In this document: positions 33,398-44,200 of the stretch, one piece after another | Layout: every line of letters starts with the position of its first letter | How positions within the stretch are numbered: the first letter of the stretch is position 1 | Origin: Stramenopiles sp. TOSAG23-3 | Taxonomy: Eukaryota | Direction of reading: 5' to 3' | Assembly (NCBI GenBank): GCA_900128585.1 | Contig: LT642160.1 | Location: 1 to 52,210, forward strand | DNA length: 52,210 bases | Notes under the pieces: model-generated | What the model was told of the DNA's origin: nothing | Databases searched by the model: none | The model's input: the letters and a program-made list of their open reading frames with translations, nothing else | Position numbers and translations under genes: made by a program

Positions 33398-33967
33398 ACA
33401 CAACAACAACCGATTTTCTTCCTCCTTTTCCCTTAAAATAACTATACTTTTATCACACAAAGACCTTAACATTGGATTTTTTAATAATGATGATGAAGTG
33501 AAGGAGAAAGGAGAACCATTCAAATTTGTATTTATTTTATCCTAGACTAAATGGAATATTATTTATTTAGAGAAAAATAAATAAATCAATGCTGTGTAAT
33601 GTAAATAAATTAATAAAATTGTGCGAAAAAAAAAAAGGAGGAGGAGAAGAGAAAGTAATAATATTTCAACAGGTACGTACGGTACCCATACAGTAGATTT
33701 ACGACTATTTAGAAACTCTGTCGCTTGTCTTGGAATGGTGGTGGTCGAGAAGACAAGTTACGCAATGTTTCGAAAGGTTAGAATGTTTTAAATGCATAGT
33801 GGTATGTACGCAGAGTGTTCAGATAAGTAGCAACTACTTCTATTACTTGACGCAGTTAGTTGCGTATGGATTGCACTATAAGGGCGTGACCGTTCGTCTC
33901 CCGTGCCCTTCTTACTGTAAAGGGGAAGGTTTGATAGACAATTTATAGGTAAGTGCAAACCGTCTCG

Positions 33968-33968
<1 letters not shown>

Positions 33969-34005
<37 letters not shown>
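33969..34005. repeat. C37 homopolymer (further C runs at 34958-34974 and 34995-35005)
   Basis: Directly visible. Confidence 0.9.
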
Positions 34006-35030
34006 ACCATCTGTAGGAAGAGCCGTATGAAATACAGTTAGTGATTCTATGGTTTACTTTGTCTGATTTCAACACACCTATAGTCTTCTTTCTGCACTGG
34101 CCGTATCCTTTCTTTCACGCACCCTCTGAGGTGCACACCACCTATGTAGTCTGCGAAAGCTTGCACGACAAGCTACCCGATGACGAATGATATTTGCTAC
34201 TCTTGACTGTTGAATGACGACAACCTATCCACCAAGATCACTGAGGGTTATGAGCACAGAAACATACATACACACACACACCGCTTGAGGCGATACACGG
34301 AAATGTTCTCTACGCCGCCGTGACGGTGGAAACTGCGGGAGAACACAGAGAGAGAGAGAGAGAAAGGCGCAGAATGAAATTGATGATTGAATTACTTAAT
34401 GCATAGTTCACTCAGACTTTTACCAAAAGAATGTTGAGTATCATTTCGCCCCTATCTGATTTGTTTGTTGCCTTGTTTTCTCTTTTGTCCCTCTTTTCGT
34501 TCTGACGAAAGGAATGGGACCGTATAGCGTGCCAACAATGGCAGCCTTTTTAGGCACGTTGGAATATCCCCAGACCAGCGTGTTCACTCTAAACTGCCTA
34601 GAACATTTTTTCGTGGCGTTTGCGGGCCTAGAGAAGTGGTTTACCAATACTTTCCCTTTCTTCGCAATTTATTTCATATTCATGGGACGTCTCTAACATT
34701 GTTTTCATATCTTTTGAACAGAAAGTGGCGACAACCCAGCCGATAGCCCGTTGTATTTCATCGTTGCAACCGAGTTGTAAGTACACGTCACACGTAGACC
34801 CCCGCACGTAACAGCCAGACAATTTGTGAAATGAGGACATTATTCTTTCCCCGTATGATCGACTATGATTCGTGTAAGATCAAGCAGCCCGTCTTCTTGC
34901 CAGTGGACGTGGATATGCGTACCGATCACAAGGTGTCAATGGCGCATGGTTACCCTTCCCCCCCCCCCCCCCCCTGTCCTTTCGACTTCTCTAACCCCCC
35001 CCCCCTCATTTCCACCCCCAGATTGCAGCA

Positions 35031-35810
35031 ATGGATCCAGTGGCCAATCCGAGCAGTCCGCCCCCGTCTGGTCTTGACTTTGATTTACTCAAAAGAACGC
35101 AAAGGGAACAGGCGGCGGAGCACGAAAAACAACAGGGCTCAATCGGCAATCCAACTGCGAACAGGAGAGAGCATAGACGAATGGAGGCAATCTGCACTGG
35201 CCTAATTTCATTGTTGAACCAAGACGTTGCCGACACGACTGTAAATAATGGGCAGCACGACAAGTGGTTAAAAGGGGCCTTAAAGTTTGAATTCAACGCA
35301 GACAACCATAGTGCATTTGATAATCTTCCCGTGACTGTCCGGAACATGGTCGAGTCACCTACTAAGGCGCTCGGTAAAGTTGTTATCACCGAACACTCAC
35401 GATTGGCTTTGTCAAAGGCAGTTGAGGGCTGCGAGTCCGCCAGGATAGAAAGAGACATAGAAAAGGCACAGGAGGAAGATTCAAACGGATCAGATTTATA
35501 TTCTGACATAGACGATGAGTACCAATGCGAAGCGCTACCAGAGTCAAAGGAAGAGCAAGAAAAAGGCGAGAATGCTGTGAAAGCAGTCTCACCCGACGAA
35601 GAAAGCATAGCAGTCCGCGCGGAAAGCAGGGAATTGCAGAACCTCCCGAAAGCAGCACTGGCACCATTACCGGTACAGCCAACTGCCAGGGCGCCGTTGG
35701 ATGCTTGCAAAGGTCTGGAAAGAGAAAGCCATGAGAGCGTATACGATTACAAAACGAGGTTACAACATGAGTTATTGCTAATCGAACGAGCTTTGTCGTC
35801 CGGCATGTAA
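35031..35810 (+). CDS. Hypothetical acidic protein
   Basis: 259-aa ATG-started ORF with coding-like composition, followed directly by an AT-rich spacer. No recognised motif. Confidence 0.6.
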   Translation: MDPVANPSSPPPSGLDFDLLKRTQREQAAEHEKQQGSIGNPTANRREHRRMEAICTGLISLLNQDVADTTVNNGQHDKWLKGALKFEFNADNHSAFDNLPVTVRNMVESPTKALGKVVITEHSRLALSKAVEGCESARIERDIEKAQEEDSNGSDLYSDIDDEYQCEALPESKEEQEKGENAVKAVSPDEESIAVRAESRELQNLPKAALAPLPVQPTARAPLDACKGLERESHESVYDYKTRLQHELLLIERALSSGM

Positions 35811-36079
35811 ATAAATATATATAATGTACAAAAGAAATCTATAGTTGATTAAAATTAAAAAAGGAGGATACTATCGACCGGATTATAAAGAATTAAAATA
35901 CGCGCGTACATAAATGAATGGAAAAAAAAGGCAAAGTGACAAGGGTATGATGATTACTAAAATCACATCATCAGCAGAGGTGAGTTCGCAGCAGTACAAA
36001 CAACACAAAAATTTTTAGACGACTAATTAATACTTACCTATTAAATATATAGTATATAAAAATAACAGCCAATTTTTTG

Positions 36080-36110
<31 letters not shown>

Positions 36111-36436
36111 AAGTTTAAATAAAATATTCCTCTTCCTCCTCCTTCCTCCTCCCTCTGTCATCATCGGTTTTATAATACAATTGTATTATTATAATATTAT
36201 TGATAATAATAAAAAAATATAATAATTGATCGACTATATATTATTACTGTTTTTGTAAACTATGACAATAAAAGGAGTACTGAAAGGAAAAGGGTTTAAT
36301 TTGTTCTGTTCATATTGGATTGCTGGCGATTGAAAAGATAAGCATCAAGGGAAGGTTACCTTTGTCAATTTTCTGACTTGGTCTTGCACCTAGAAGTGGA
36401 CTGCTGGGAGCTCACTCCACCGTAGATACAAAAGTG

Positions 36437-39385
36437 ATGGGAAGTGACTCGGAGGCGAAGCAGATTGAGTCTCGTTGGAGAAACGTTGCATCCCGGGTTT
36501 TTTTTGTCGTTTGGTTTTTGTCTATATCATGGTTTTTTCTTGCTGCCATTTTTACCGTAGAGGATACCCAGGTCATTCATGGTAGTTCCATACAGGGCAG
36601 TGCCTTTGTCGAACCTGAGGCGCGGGGCCTGGGGTCAGCAAACGCAGGCAACGGCGAGCCCGCCCGCCCGCGCAACTTATCCCACGCATACAGGGCGCCG
36701 CTGAGCAGGCCCGAAGTTGGAAAGTTAGCAGAGGAAGCAAAAAAATTAAAAATATACGTGTATTCCCTTCCTAAATGGTTCAATGTAGCCCCGTTCAAGC
36801 TGCTAAGAAAGCAGAAGAAATTATTTGCCAGCGCTCACCACAAAGGTGCCGACGCCTATTTTCACCAACGGCTTATGCACGTTTCCTCGTTGCGGACGGA
36901 GAACCCAGAAGAAGCCGACTTCTTCTTTGTCCCTGTTTACACGTCGGCAGTGGCCGCTTTTGGAACGAACAAAAAGGTTTCCCGGGAAAAGATCCGGAAA
37001 ATGATTCTGAAAGCCGTTTCCCGGCTGCGGCTGCTGCCGTATTGGAATAGGAACGACGGCAAGGATCATATTTTTGTGTTCCCCAACGCGTACGGACCGT
37101 GCATTGGCAACCCGTTAGACGATTGGAGGCTAGAAAGCGACACGCAAGCAAAGATGATGAAGAGGATTCGAAATGCTATATTTTTGACGTACAGTGGCGA
37201 CGCCAACACACCATGTTTTGACTCCAGCAAAGACGTTGTGATACCGCCAGTAGTGGATATGAACCGTATTGTATCGCATTTGAAAGCTCAGCGGAAGAGG
37301 CTGAACTTGAAAAGTGGTGAGCACCCTAAGCGCACTCAGTTTTCTTTTATCGCAGGTCGGATGCAACTCGAGAAGAAAAACGACCCGTGGTTCTCAATTG
37401 TAGTTCTCTACGGTTCGTACGAAGAACAAACGTTGAGGCCGCGTGTGACACCGTCAAAAGACGTTTGTTGGGACCGCCCAGATTTGAATCTGGAACAGTG
37501 TGTTGCCACGTGCGATTCCGAGCTGAGCCGGTCCCGCGTCTACAGTCACGGGCTGAGGCAGAAGATACAACAACTTTTTAAGCGCAACTCTTTGTTGAAA
37601 CAAATGGAAAAAACATCGATGAAGTACATAGACGAAATGCGGACATCCATCTTTTGCATATCCACCCGAGGCCTGGCCCCGTACGATATAAATATGTACG
37701 AGGGCGCCCTAGTGGGCTGCATTCCTGTTGTAATGATCGACGACGTGGAGGTCCCATTCGAAAAGTTGGTGCCATGGGATTTGATGACGAAGAGGGTAAG
37801 GGAATCGGACGCCTCTCGCCTTATTTTAAAACTGTCGAAAACCCCAAAACATTGGATTAAAAATGCCCAGTCGTTGTTAAAAGAGAATGTTTACGCATTT
37901 GCGTACACCCCTTTATCCAAGGCACGGAAAGAGTTTTGGAGCCTTGAGGAGCATGGGTTCGGCGCGCAGGGCCCCGACGCCTTCGAATACACGATGATGA
38001 TGCTTGTGAAATTAAAATTGGGTAGAAAGAAGCAGTCTTTTTTGGAACAGGCAATGGCAGCGTCAAATAAGTACAAAAATTCCGAGAGATTCCGAGGGAA
38101 CTTCTTGTTTAGTACAAAATCCTTACACTTTTCGTCCTACCTGAGCAATGTCGATAACCGGAACCCTTCGGCAGAGAAGAAACCCGGACCGGCACGGCGA
38201 AGAGTTCAAGGGGTGCAGTTGATTGGACCGCCCCATATGTCGTTTGATTCTACTCAGAAGCGGCTTTCGAAAAAATATTTATCTACGAGTGCGTTTCCTC
38301 GAAGAGCTTTTGTGTTCCGAGGACGAGTAGGAATTGGGGGTGAGGGACAAAACGCAGTGTTTAGCAAGTGGAGGCAGGTAACCGCTGGCACGATAGTCTC
38401 GGAGTTAGAAATTACAATGTCTCTGGCGCTAAGGGATATTTCTGAAGAGCAGTTGCAGCACCTTACAAAAACTGCGAAGGCATGGGGGGGATATGTTTCC
38501 GTCGGAGTTGTTGCGATGGAAAAATCCGTGGAAGAGGTGGCATCTGCTCTTAAGGCACTCTCTTCCACTCCCAACTCAAAAATATTGTTTTCTGTGGTGA
38601 AGCCACGGCTGCGTGATGGAGATGGCGAGGGGCAGTACAAGGAGGCTTTGGAAACAATGTACCCCATCAACCGCGCCCGCAATGCAGCGCTGGCAGCAGT
38701 GGTCACCAAGACCGTGCTGCTGTGGGACAACGGTTTCGTTTTAAGCCCAGAAAGTATGGACGGATTGCAGCGGACAAAGCGGTCAGTGCTTACGTGGAGG
38801 GATCGGACAGCAATCGTTGTGCCCACATTTGAATTCACGACTTCGAATTTCGCGAAAAAAGGTGTCCCGTCGACCAAGTACAATTTGGTCTGGAACATGA
38901 AGAACGAAGAGTTACAACCTTATGGAATGGTAGGCGACGCGTTTAAATACTCAACGCACGCGACCAACCACAAGGTGTGGTATGAAAGCAAAAAATCTGT
39001 GCGTGCAAAATACGAGTTTGGATACCAACCGTTGATGATGGTGAGGACCCCAGCACTGCCCTTCGACGAACACTTCAATATTCCCTATTTAAGCAAAATG
39101 CACTACTCGTACGAACTCACAGCTGCTGGTTTTGAGTTTTTAGTGCATGCAACCGCGTTTGCAGTTACAATTGGAGATGGCGAAGCCGCCAAGGAACAGC
39201 AAAAAGTCGAGACGACTGATTTATGGACTGTCCCTTGGTCATGCTGGCGACAATTTACTGATCGGATTCAGCGAGACTATGAAGGGTTCTATTTTCCAGA
39301 ACCATGTTGGGTATCAAAGTCGATATGGCCAGTCGTCAACGAAAAACATGCGGACAAGTGCGTTGTTTCCCCGATAAGAAACTGA
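36437..39385 (+). CDS. Type II membrane glycosyltransferase fusion: exostosin/GT47 domain plus GT49 (LARGE/B4GAT1-like) domain
   Basis: N-terminal TM helix. GT47 motifs KIYVYSLP, RTENPEEADFFFVPVY, PYWNRNDGKDHIF, KDVVIP, MRTSIFC and GCIPVV. GT49-like YPINRARNAAL, AIVVPTFE, YEFGYQP, PFDEHF and GFEFLV. Confidence 0.85.
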   Translation: MGSDSEAKQIESRWRNVASRVFFVVWFLSISWFFLAAIFTVEDTQVIHGSSIQGSAFVEPEARGLGSANAGNGEPARPRNLSHAYRAPLSRPEVGKLAEEAKKLKIYVYSLPKWFNVAPFKLLRKQKKLFASAHHKGADAYFHQRLMHVSSLRTENPEEADFFFVPVYTSAVAAFGTNKKVSREKIRKMILKAVSRLRLLPYWNRNDGKDHIFVFPNAYGPCIGNPLDDWRLESDTQAKMMKRIRNAIFLTYSGDANTPCFDSSKDVVIPPVVDMNRIVSHLKAQRKRLNLKSGEHPKRTQFSFIAGRMQLEKKNDPWFSIVVLYGSYEEQTLRPRVTPSKDVCWDRPDLNLEQCVATCDSELSRSRVYSHGLRQKIQQLFKRNSLLKQMEKTSMKYIDEMRTSIFCISTRGLAPYDINMYEGALVGCIPVVMIDDVEVPFEKLVPWDLMTKRVRESDASRLILKLSKTPKHWIKNAQSLLKENVYAFAYTPLSKARKEFWSLEEHGFGAQGPDAFEYTMMMLVKLKLGRKKQSFLEQAMAASNKYKNSERFRGNFLFSTKSLHFSSYLSNVDNRNPSAEKKPGPARRRVQGVQLIGPPHMSFDSTQKRLSKKYLSTSAFPRRAFVFRGRVGIGGEGQNAVFSKWRQVTAGTIVSELEITMSLALRDISEEQLQHLTKTAKAWGGYVSVGVVAMEKSVEEVASALKALSSTPNSKILFSVVKPRLRDGDGEGQYKEALETMYPINRARNAALAAVVTKTVLLWDNGFVLSPESMDGLQRTKRSVLTWRDRTAIVVPTFEFTTSNFAKKGVPSTKYNLVWNMKNEELQPYGMVGDAFKYSTHATNHKVWYESKKSVRAKYEFGYQPLMMVRTPALPFDEHFNIPYLSKMHYSYELTAAGFEFLVHATAFAVTIGDGEAAKEQQKVETTDLWTVPWSCWRQFTDRIQRDYEGFYFPEPCWVSKSIWPVVNEKHADKCVVSPIRN

Positions 39386-39973
39386 GTTACAAAAGCGCAG
39401 GCATAATGCGCGCACATACTAAATTTATTCACAAAGAGGTCTTCAGACAGGTCAGATTTGTTTCCATGTGCATGAAAATAATAATCTGAGTTTAATTTTA
39501 TGAAGGGTATATATTTATGAAAAAAAAACAAATTATATAATATGTAAATTTATGATAAGGAGGAGTTTGGGTTCTTGAAAGGTTTTACCTTCTTTTTTCT
39601 TTTCTTTTTTGACTTAAAACATACTAATATAATTTGTTTATATGATAAGTGTACGATGAGTTATCTTACCGGTGGTACCTGTACCGGTTTAATTCTGAGA
39701 TGTTTATGTTAATTTAAAATCTTTTACGAATTTGTATATCATTAGTTTTTTTTTTTTGTATCATACTTCTTCGTTAAAACATGAGCAAGATAATTTTTAA
39801 TTTAACAGATTTAAACACTTGACTATCATATGAACAATGAGAGTCTTAAAACATACTATATAATTTGTTTTTTTTTCATTGTCATATGTACTCTATGCAT
39901 GATCCGAATCAGTTAGTGAAATCGCATTAACGCCAACGTTTTTTAAATACTGATAATGTGACAACTTAAAGTT

Positions 39974-40843
39974 TCATAGCGCTGCAAATGTTGGAGAGGG
40001 GAACCTCTTCAGCAAGTCTTGTTTTTCTTCGTCCCCATCCTCGTCATCGTCCCCAATATGGGCGGAATGTTTGTACGGAGTTTTCCAGCCTGTGGAATCG
40101 TTTCCGTTCCATACATAAGATACCCTCGGCTGGTTGGTTGCCTGCAAATAGAAGGACTGCCAGTTTTTTGCAATTCCTTCGTTGTAAGGATTGCTCCCCC
40201 GGTATACATTTTTTATTTTTTCGGCAGTCGTAATGTTCTGCCCTATAATGTAGATATGGTACACAAGCAAAGAACCAACCAAGGAAACAATACCAATGCA
40301 ATACAGCCCTATTGCCACCAAGACGTGGCGGGATTTCACGTTAGAGCTGGCATTCAGGAACGAAGTCACGCCGACAAACGAAGCGTGCGCAATTGTGAAC
40401 ACAAGAAACATAAAAAAATAAAAATAGTTTCGAACGCCAACGCCATTGCCTGTCCAGGGACAAAAATGATCAAATCGTTCTATTGTTACACCTAATTCTT
40501 TGCAAAACTTTGCTCTAAATGCTGAGAGGTCGTATAATTTGCCATCCAGGGAAATTTTTTTAACCAAACGCCCATCACTCCTGGCCTCTTCCGTGTCCAC
40601 GGTGGGGAGGATTCCCGGCTCGACTGCCCAAGCTCTGACCAAAAAGTAAAGGGAGAAAAAGAATGTGACAGTCCCCATGATACCGTTAAAAGCAGTCAAT
40701 TGCGCATTGTAGTACCAGACCGAAGTGGGTATCAAAATTGAGAAAAAAGATACTAGGAAACAGTTTCCAGAATGGAACGGTGGTAACAAAAATTTACCAA
40801 AGTACAAAGAATATTTTCCTGGCGCCGAAAGCCGTTCAGCCAT
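39974..40843 (-). CDS. DHHC-family protein S-acyltransferase, DHFC variant
   Basis: Four hydrophobic segments, EPGILP, ERFDHFCPWTGNGVGVRNY, ITTAEKIK and NPYNEG..NW. Confidence 0.88.
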   Translation of the reverse strand: MAERLSAPGKYSLYFGKFLLPPFHSGNCFLVSFFSILIPTSVWYYNAQLTAFNGIMGTVTFFFSLYFLVRAWAVEPGILPTVDTEEARSDGRLVKKISLDGKLYDLSAFRAKFCKELGVTIERFDHFCPWTGNGVGVRNYFYFFMFLVFTIAHASFVGVTSFLNASSNVKSRHVLVAIGLYCIGIVSLVGSLLVYHIYIIGQNITTAEKIKNVYRGSNPYNEGIAKNWQSFYLQATNQPRVSYVWNGNDSTGWKTPYKHSAHIGDDDEDGDEEKQDLLKRFPSPTFAAL

Positions 40844-41284
40844 TGTCTTTGTAGTCAGTCGAAAACTGTTCGTTCAGTCGTTGTCAAAAGAAGGCAATGA
40901 TGATTTTTTACAGCACAAGTGTCAGTTTGAAAAGGAGTCTCTGCAGTCTTCATGCCGTCATTACGAATTTAATTCAAAGAAGACCGTAAGTTTTTTTCTA
41001 TCTGTGATCGAAAAAAAAGAAACCGTTATATATAAATTGTGATTGATGAGGACTACTGAGGACGCGAGAAAGAAGGCCTACACTCTCGTCGACCACCAAA
41101 AAAAAAAAAAGAGAGCCGAGACGGAAGACGGAAGAGCCGATGATGATGATGACTCATTTATTATAGTCGTTCTACCAACATAGTAATGTACTGGTGGAAA
41201 TATTAATTTTATGATAGGCAATGGGTAGTTCTACACTGTAGTTGTATTTTAATATACTACAACTGAATAATCGATGAGTTTTTT

Positions 41285-44200
41285 TTACTGTGTGGTTGCT
41301 GATGGTGTGGAACGACTTTCCACCCGGTAAATTTCCGTGTAAACATTTGAAAGCATGTTTGCACCATTTTGCATCGCCGTGGCATCTTTGTGCAGCGCTG
41401 CCAACTTAATTTGTTTCTCAAACTGATCCCTTGCAGCTGCGTACTCGCCCATGGATACGTATAAATTCCCCAAAGCCCAACACTGTTCCATTTCCCCGCG
41501 GGTGTCACCAAGCGCCTTTTGCTGGGTAATGCAGCGGTTGTAGTCCTCGACTGCTTGGAGGTTTTCGCCCATGCGCCATTTGCACTCAGCCAATCCAGCG
41601 AACGACTGGGCTCGCCTTTTTTCGTTTTTAAATTTAACGGCCTTGTCAAGCAACTTGTTAAAGTGAAAAATACCCTCTTCCAAAACAGCGAGAGATTTTT
41701 CATCCCTTTCGTTACTGTCGTCAAACGTCTGCAGCATGCACATGCCCAAATCAAAATGTGCACCCATAACATCATGCCCAGCCGAATCTTCGTTTGTGAG
41801 AGCCAAACATCTTCCAAAATATTTTTTTGCATCCTTATTCTCGTGAAAGGTTATTTTAAGTCGGCCCAAGTGTTTGTAAATGTTACATGTCAATTGTGGT
41901 TGGCCAGAATCCAGGGAGGATAGCAACGCCCTGTGCAGCACCGTCACAGCTTCATGGTTTTCTCCTATGAGGGACATCGAACAGCCCAACTTGTAAAGCG
42001 CTTGTGCCATCAGAGGGGTCCCATGCACTCCAATCTCAATCCTGTTTGCCAGTTTTCTGGACTCCTCGTAAGCGCCTATAGCACTATGATACTCTTGACC
42101 AAAAAATGACAGGACATCTCCCAAACGCAAGTAGGCAGTGGCAACATCTTTGTACGCCTCCAATGTGTCGTCCACGGACCGTAGCCCAATAAATTTTTCA
42201 TACAGGCGAATGGCGCTTCGATAAGAGTACGATTTCGATCGGGGCGAAACGCTAGAAGGCTGTGCCGCTTCTTCACTGTCACTACTAGAGTTTTTATCCT
42301 TATCAGAAACTAAATGCAAAAAACTTAGGTGGCATTTCGCCTGTGAAAATAAGTAGCGACATGCAATAACACGGTTTTTCTGGAGGGCCACGATGCTGTT
42401 GTATTGTACGGCAGCATCTTGGAACTTTTTGCTTTTTTCTAATGCGGCCGCTATGCACTCGTGAATGGCCGTCCGCTTCAGCGATCGCTTGGGAAGATAA
42501 ACAAGGCAATCTTTCCAATTCTTTATTGCCTCCTCATAATTTTCCTGCTTGCTGCAAATGTTTCCAATAATTTGATAGCCCTTTGCTTGCATTTTGTAGT
42601 CTTTCTCCTTCTGCATTATGTTTATGTAGTATTGAACGCAATTTATAGCCTCTGGAGAATTTTTAAGACGCTGGTACAGTGTTGCCAACGCAATCATTAT
42701 TCGACATTTTATGTGTGGGTCCGCGACAGATTCAAATTCGCCACGACATTGCAAAAACTGTTTCAAGGCATCTTGCGTCTTTTCTTGCCGTGCAAAATAC
42801 GTTCCCATGGACTCCCATGCCAGCACGAGCAACTGTCCACGCGTTCGGCTCGAAGCCGACTTTGCAGAGTGGATTTGCTGATTTCTGTATCCTTCACTGT
42901 CTTCATGATTGTTGTGAGCATCAGCCACGCATGCCAGCGCTTCCAAAATATGAGACGCGCGTTGCGAACGCTCGTCATGCAAGTCAAATACGGGATCAAA
43001 CCGTCGATTTTCGTTGCGCGCATTTGTCTTTCCTGCATCATTCGGAGCAGTAACATTGTGAAATTCTAGCAGCAAGTCTACAGTTGTAGACAGTGCTTTT
43101 TTCAGCATTGCAGTTGCTGCATTGAATTTTCCATCCTGCAAGTCTTGTTGCGCTTCAAAAAATTGTTCAATAACCTCAACGTCCTGCTCACTCCCCGGGT
43201 CAAGCATTCTCACGCAAGAGTTCAAGCATAGATGACCAAAGCCAGGGTGGTAAGGGGCATTGCATACCGCAGAAAGCATGGTTTCTTTCCGCGTACTCTG
43301 TTTCCTAGTCATTGCCATTACTTGCTCATGCATTGTTTGGACCGAAATTGCGTTTTTGTCTTTGATGCGTTGTTGGGAATCCATGAAGACCCCCATGAAC
43401 AGAGCTTTCGACAACGGTTGGTGTGGTTCTGGTGAAACGCACGATATTTCTTTTTCTCGTCCTACAATATCTTTAAATTGCCGCGAGTTTGCCTCCCATA
43501 AATTCAAGTATTTGCTGCGACTCTCAAGCCCTGCCGAGATTACTGAAGCCTTTTTCTTGGTTTTGAACATCGGCCTCCCAAAACTGAATGCTCCCTCGGC
43601 TAATTTTAACGTGCGCCCTGGGCGCTTCTTCCCGCCGATTCTACTCCTGATATTTGTGCTGGGTGCTTTCGGAACCTTTTTCGATACCACGAGCTCTGCT
43701 TCCTCCGCCAATTGCGGCTTAGGTAATGGTTCAGCTTCCAAGGAGGCCTGATTATTCCGGGAAATTTCCTCTTCCTCTTCCAGCACATCCCATATCATTC
43801 TTTCAACGTGAACTGCCCGGGCCTCCCTTCTAAACGCTGTCCCGAAGCCTAGTTTTGACAGTTTCATCATGTTCCCAGTCTTTTGCCTTATGGCGCGCTT
43901 CAGCCTAGATCTTGCGATACTGTTACCACCGTGCTTATCTCCCTTGCCGCTCGCCATCCGTAAAAACGAGCCGGCGCGGTTCTTATTTTTCCGCTGCTTG
44001 TTTTTGGGAGACATCGTTCTCTCAGGAGATTTCCTAGTCATGTTTGGTCCATCCCTGGGGGCAATGGATGTCGACCGACCAACGGGATTGTACTGCTCGT
44101 ACAGCACTTTAAGTTTAGCAATTGCATTTCTGAGGGTAAGGCCGTAGTGGGTGATTCCAGTTCCAGGACCAATCGGCTCAAAGTAAGACAGTGGCGCAGG

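Noticed and set aside
33140-33523. Poly-Lys, poly-Leu/Phe and poly-Ser ORFs
   Set aside because: They are translations of the (GAA)n tract in an AT-rich spacer.
35006-35710. 234-aa - strand ORF (and 24531-25094 +, 15075-15695 -, 16228-16908 -, 38254-38898 -, 50048-50692 -)
   Set aside because: They overlap better-supported genes on the opposite strand and have no motifs.
39613-39870. Imperfect ~27-bp direct repeat CTTAAAACATACTA(A)TATAATTTGTTT at ~39613 and ~39845
   Set aside because: It is a very AT-rich local duplication with no further structure.
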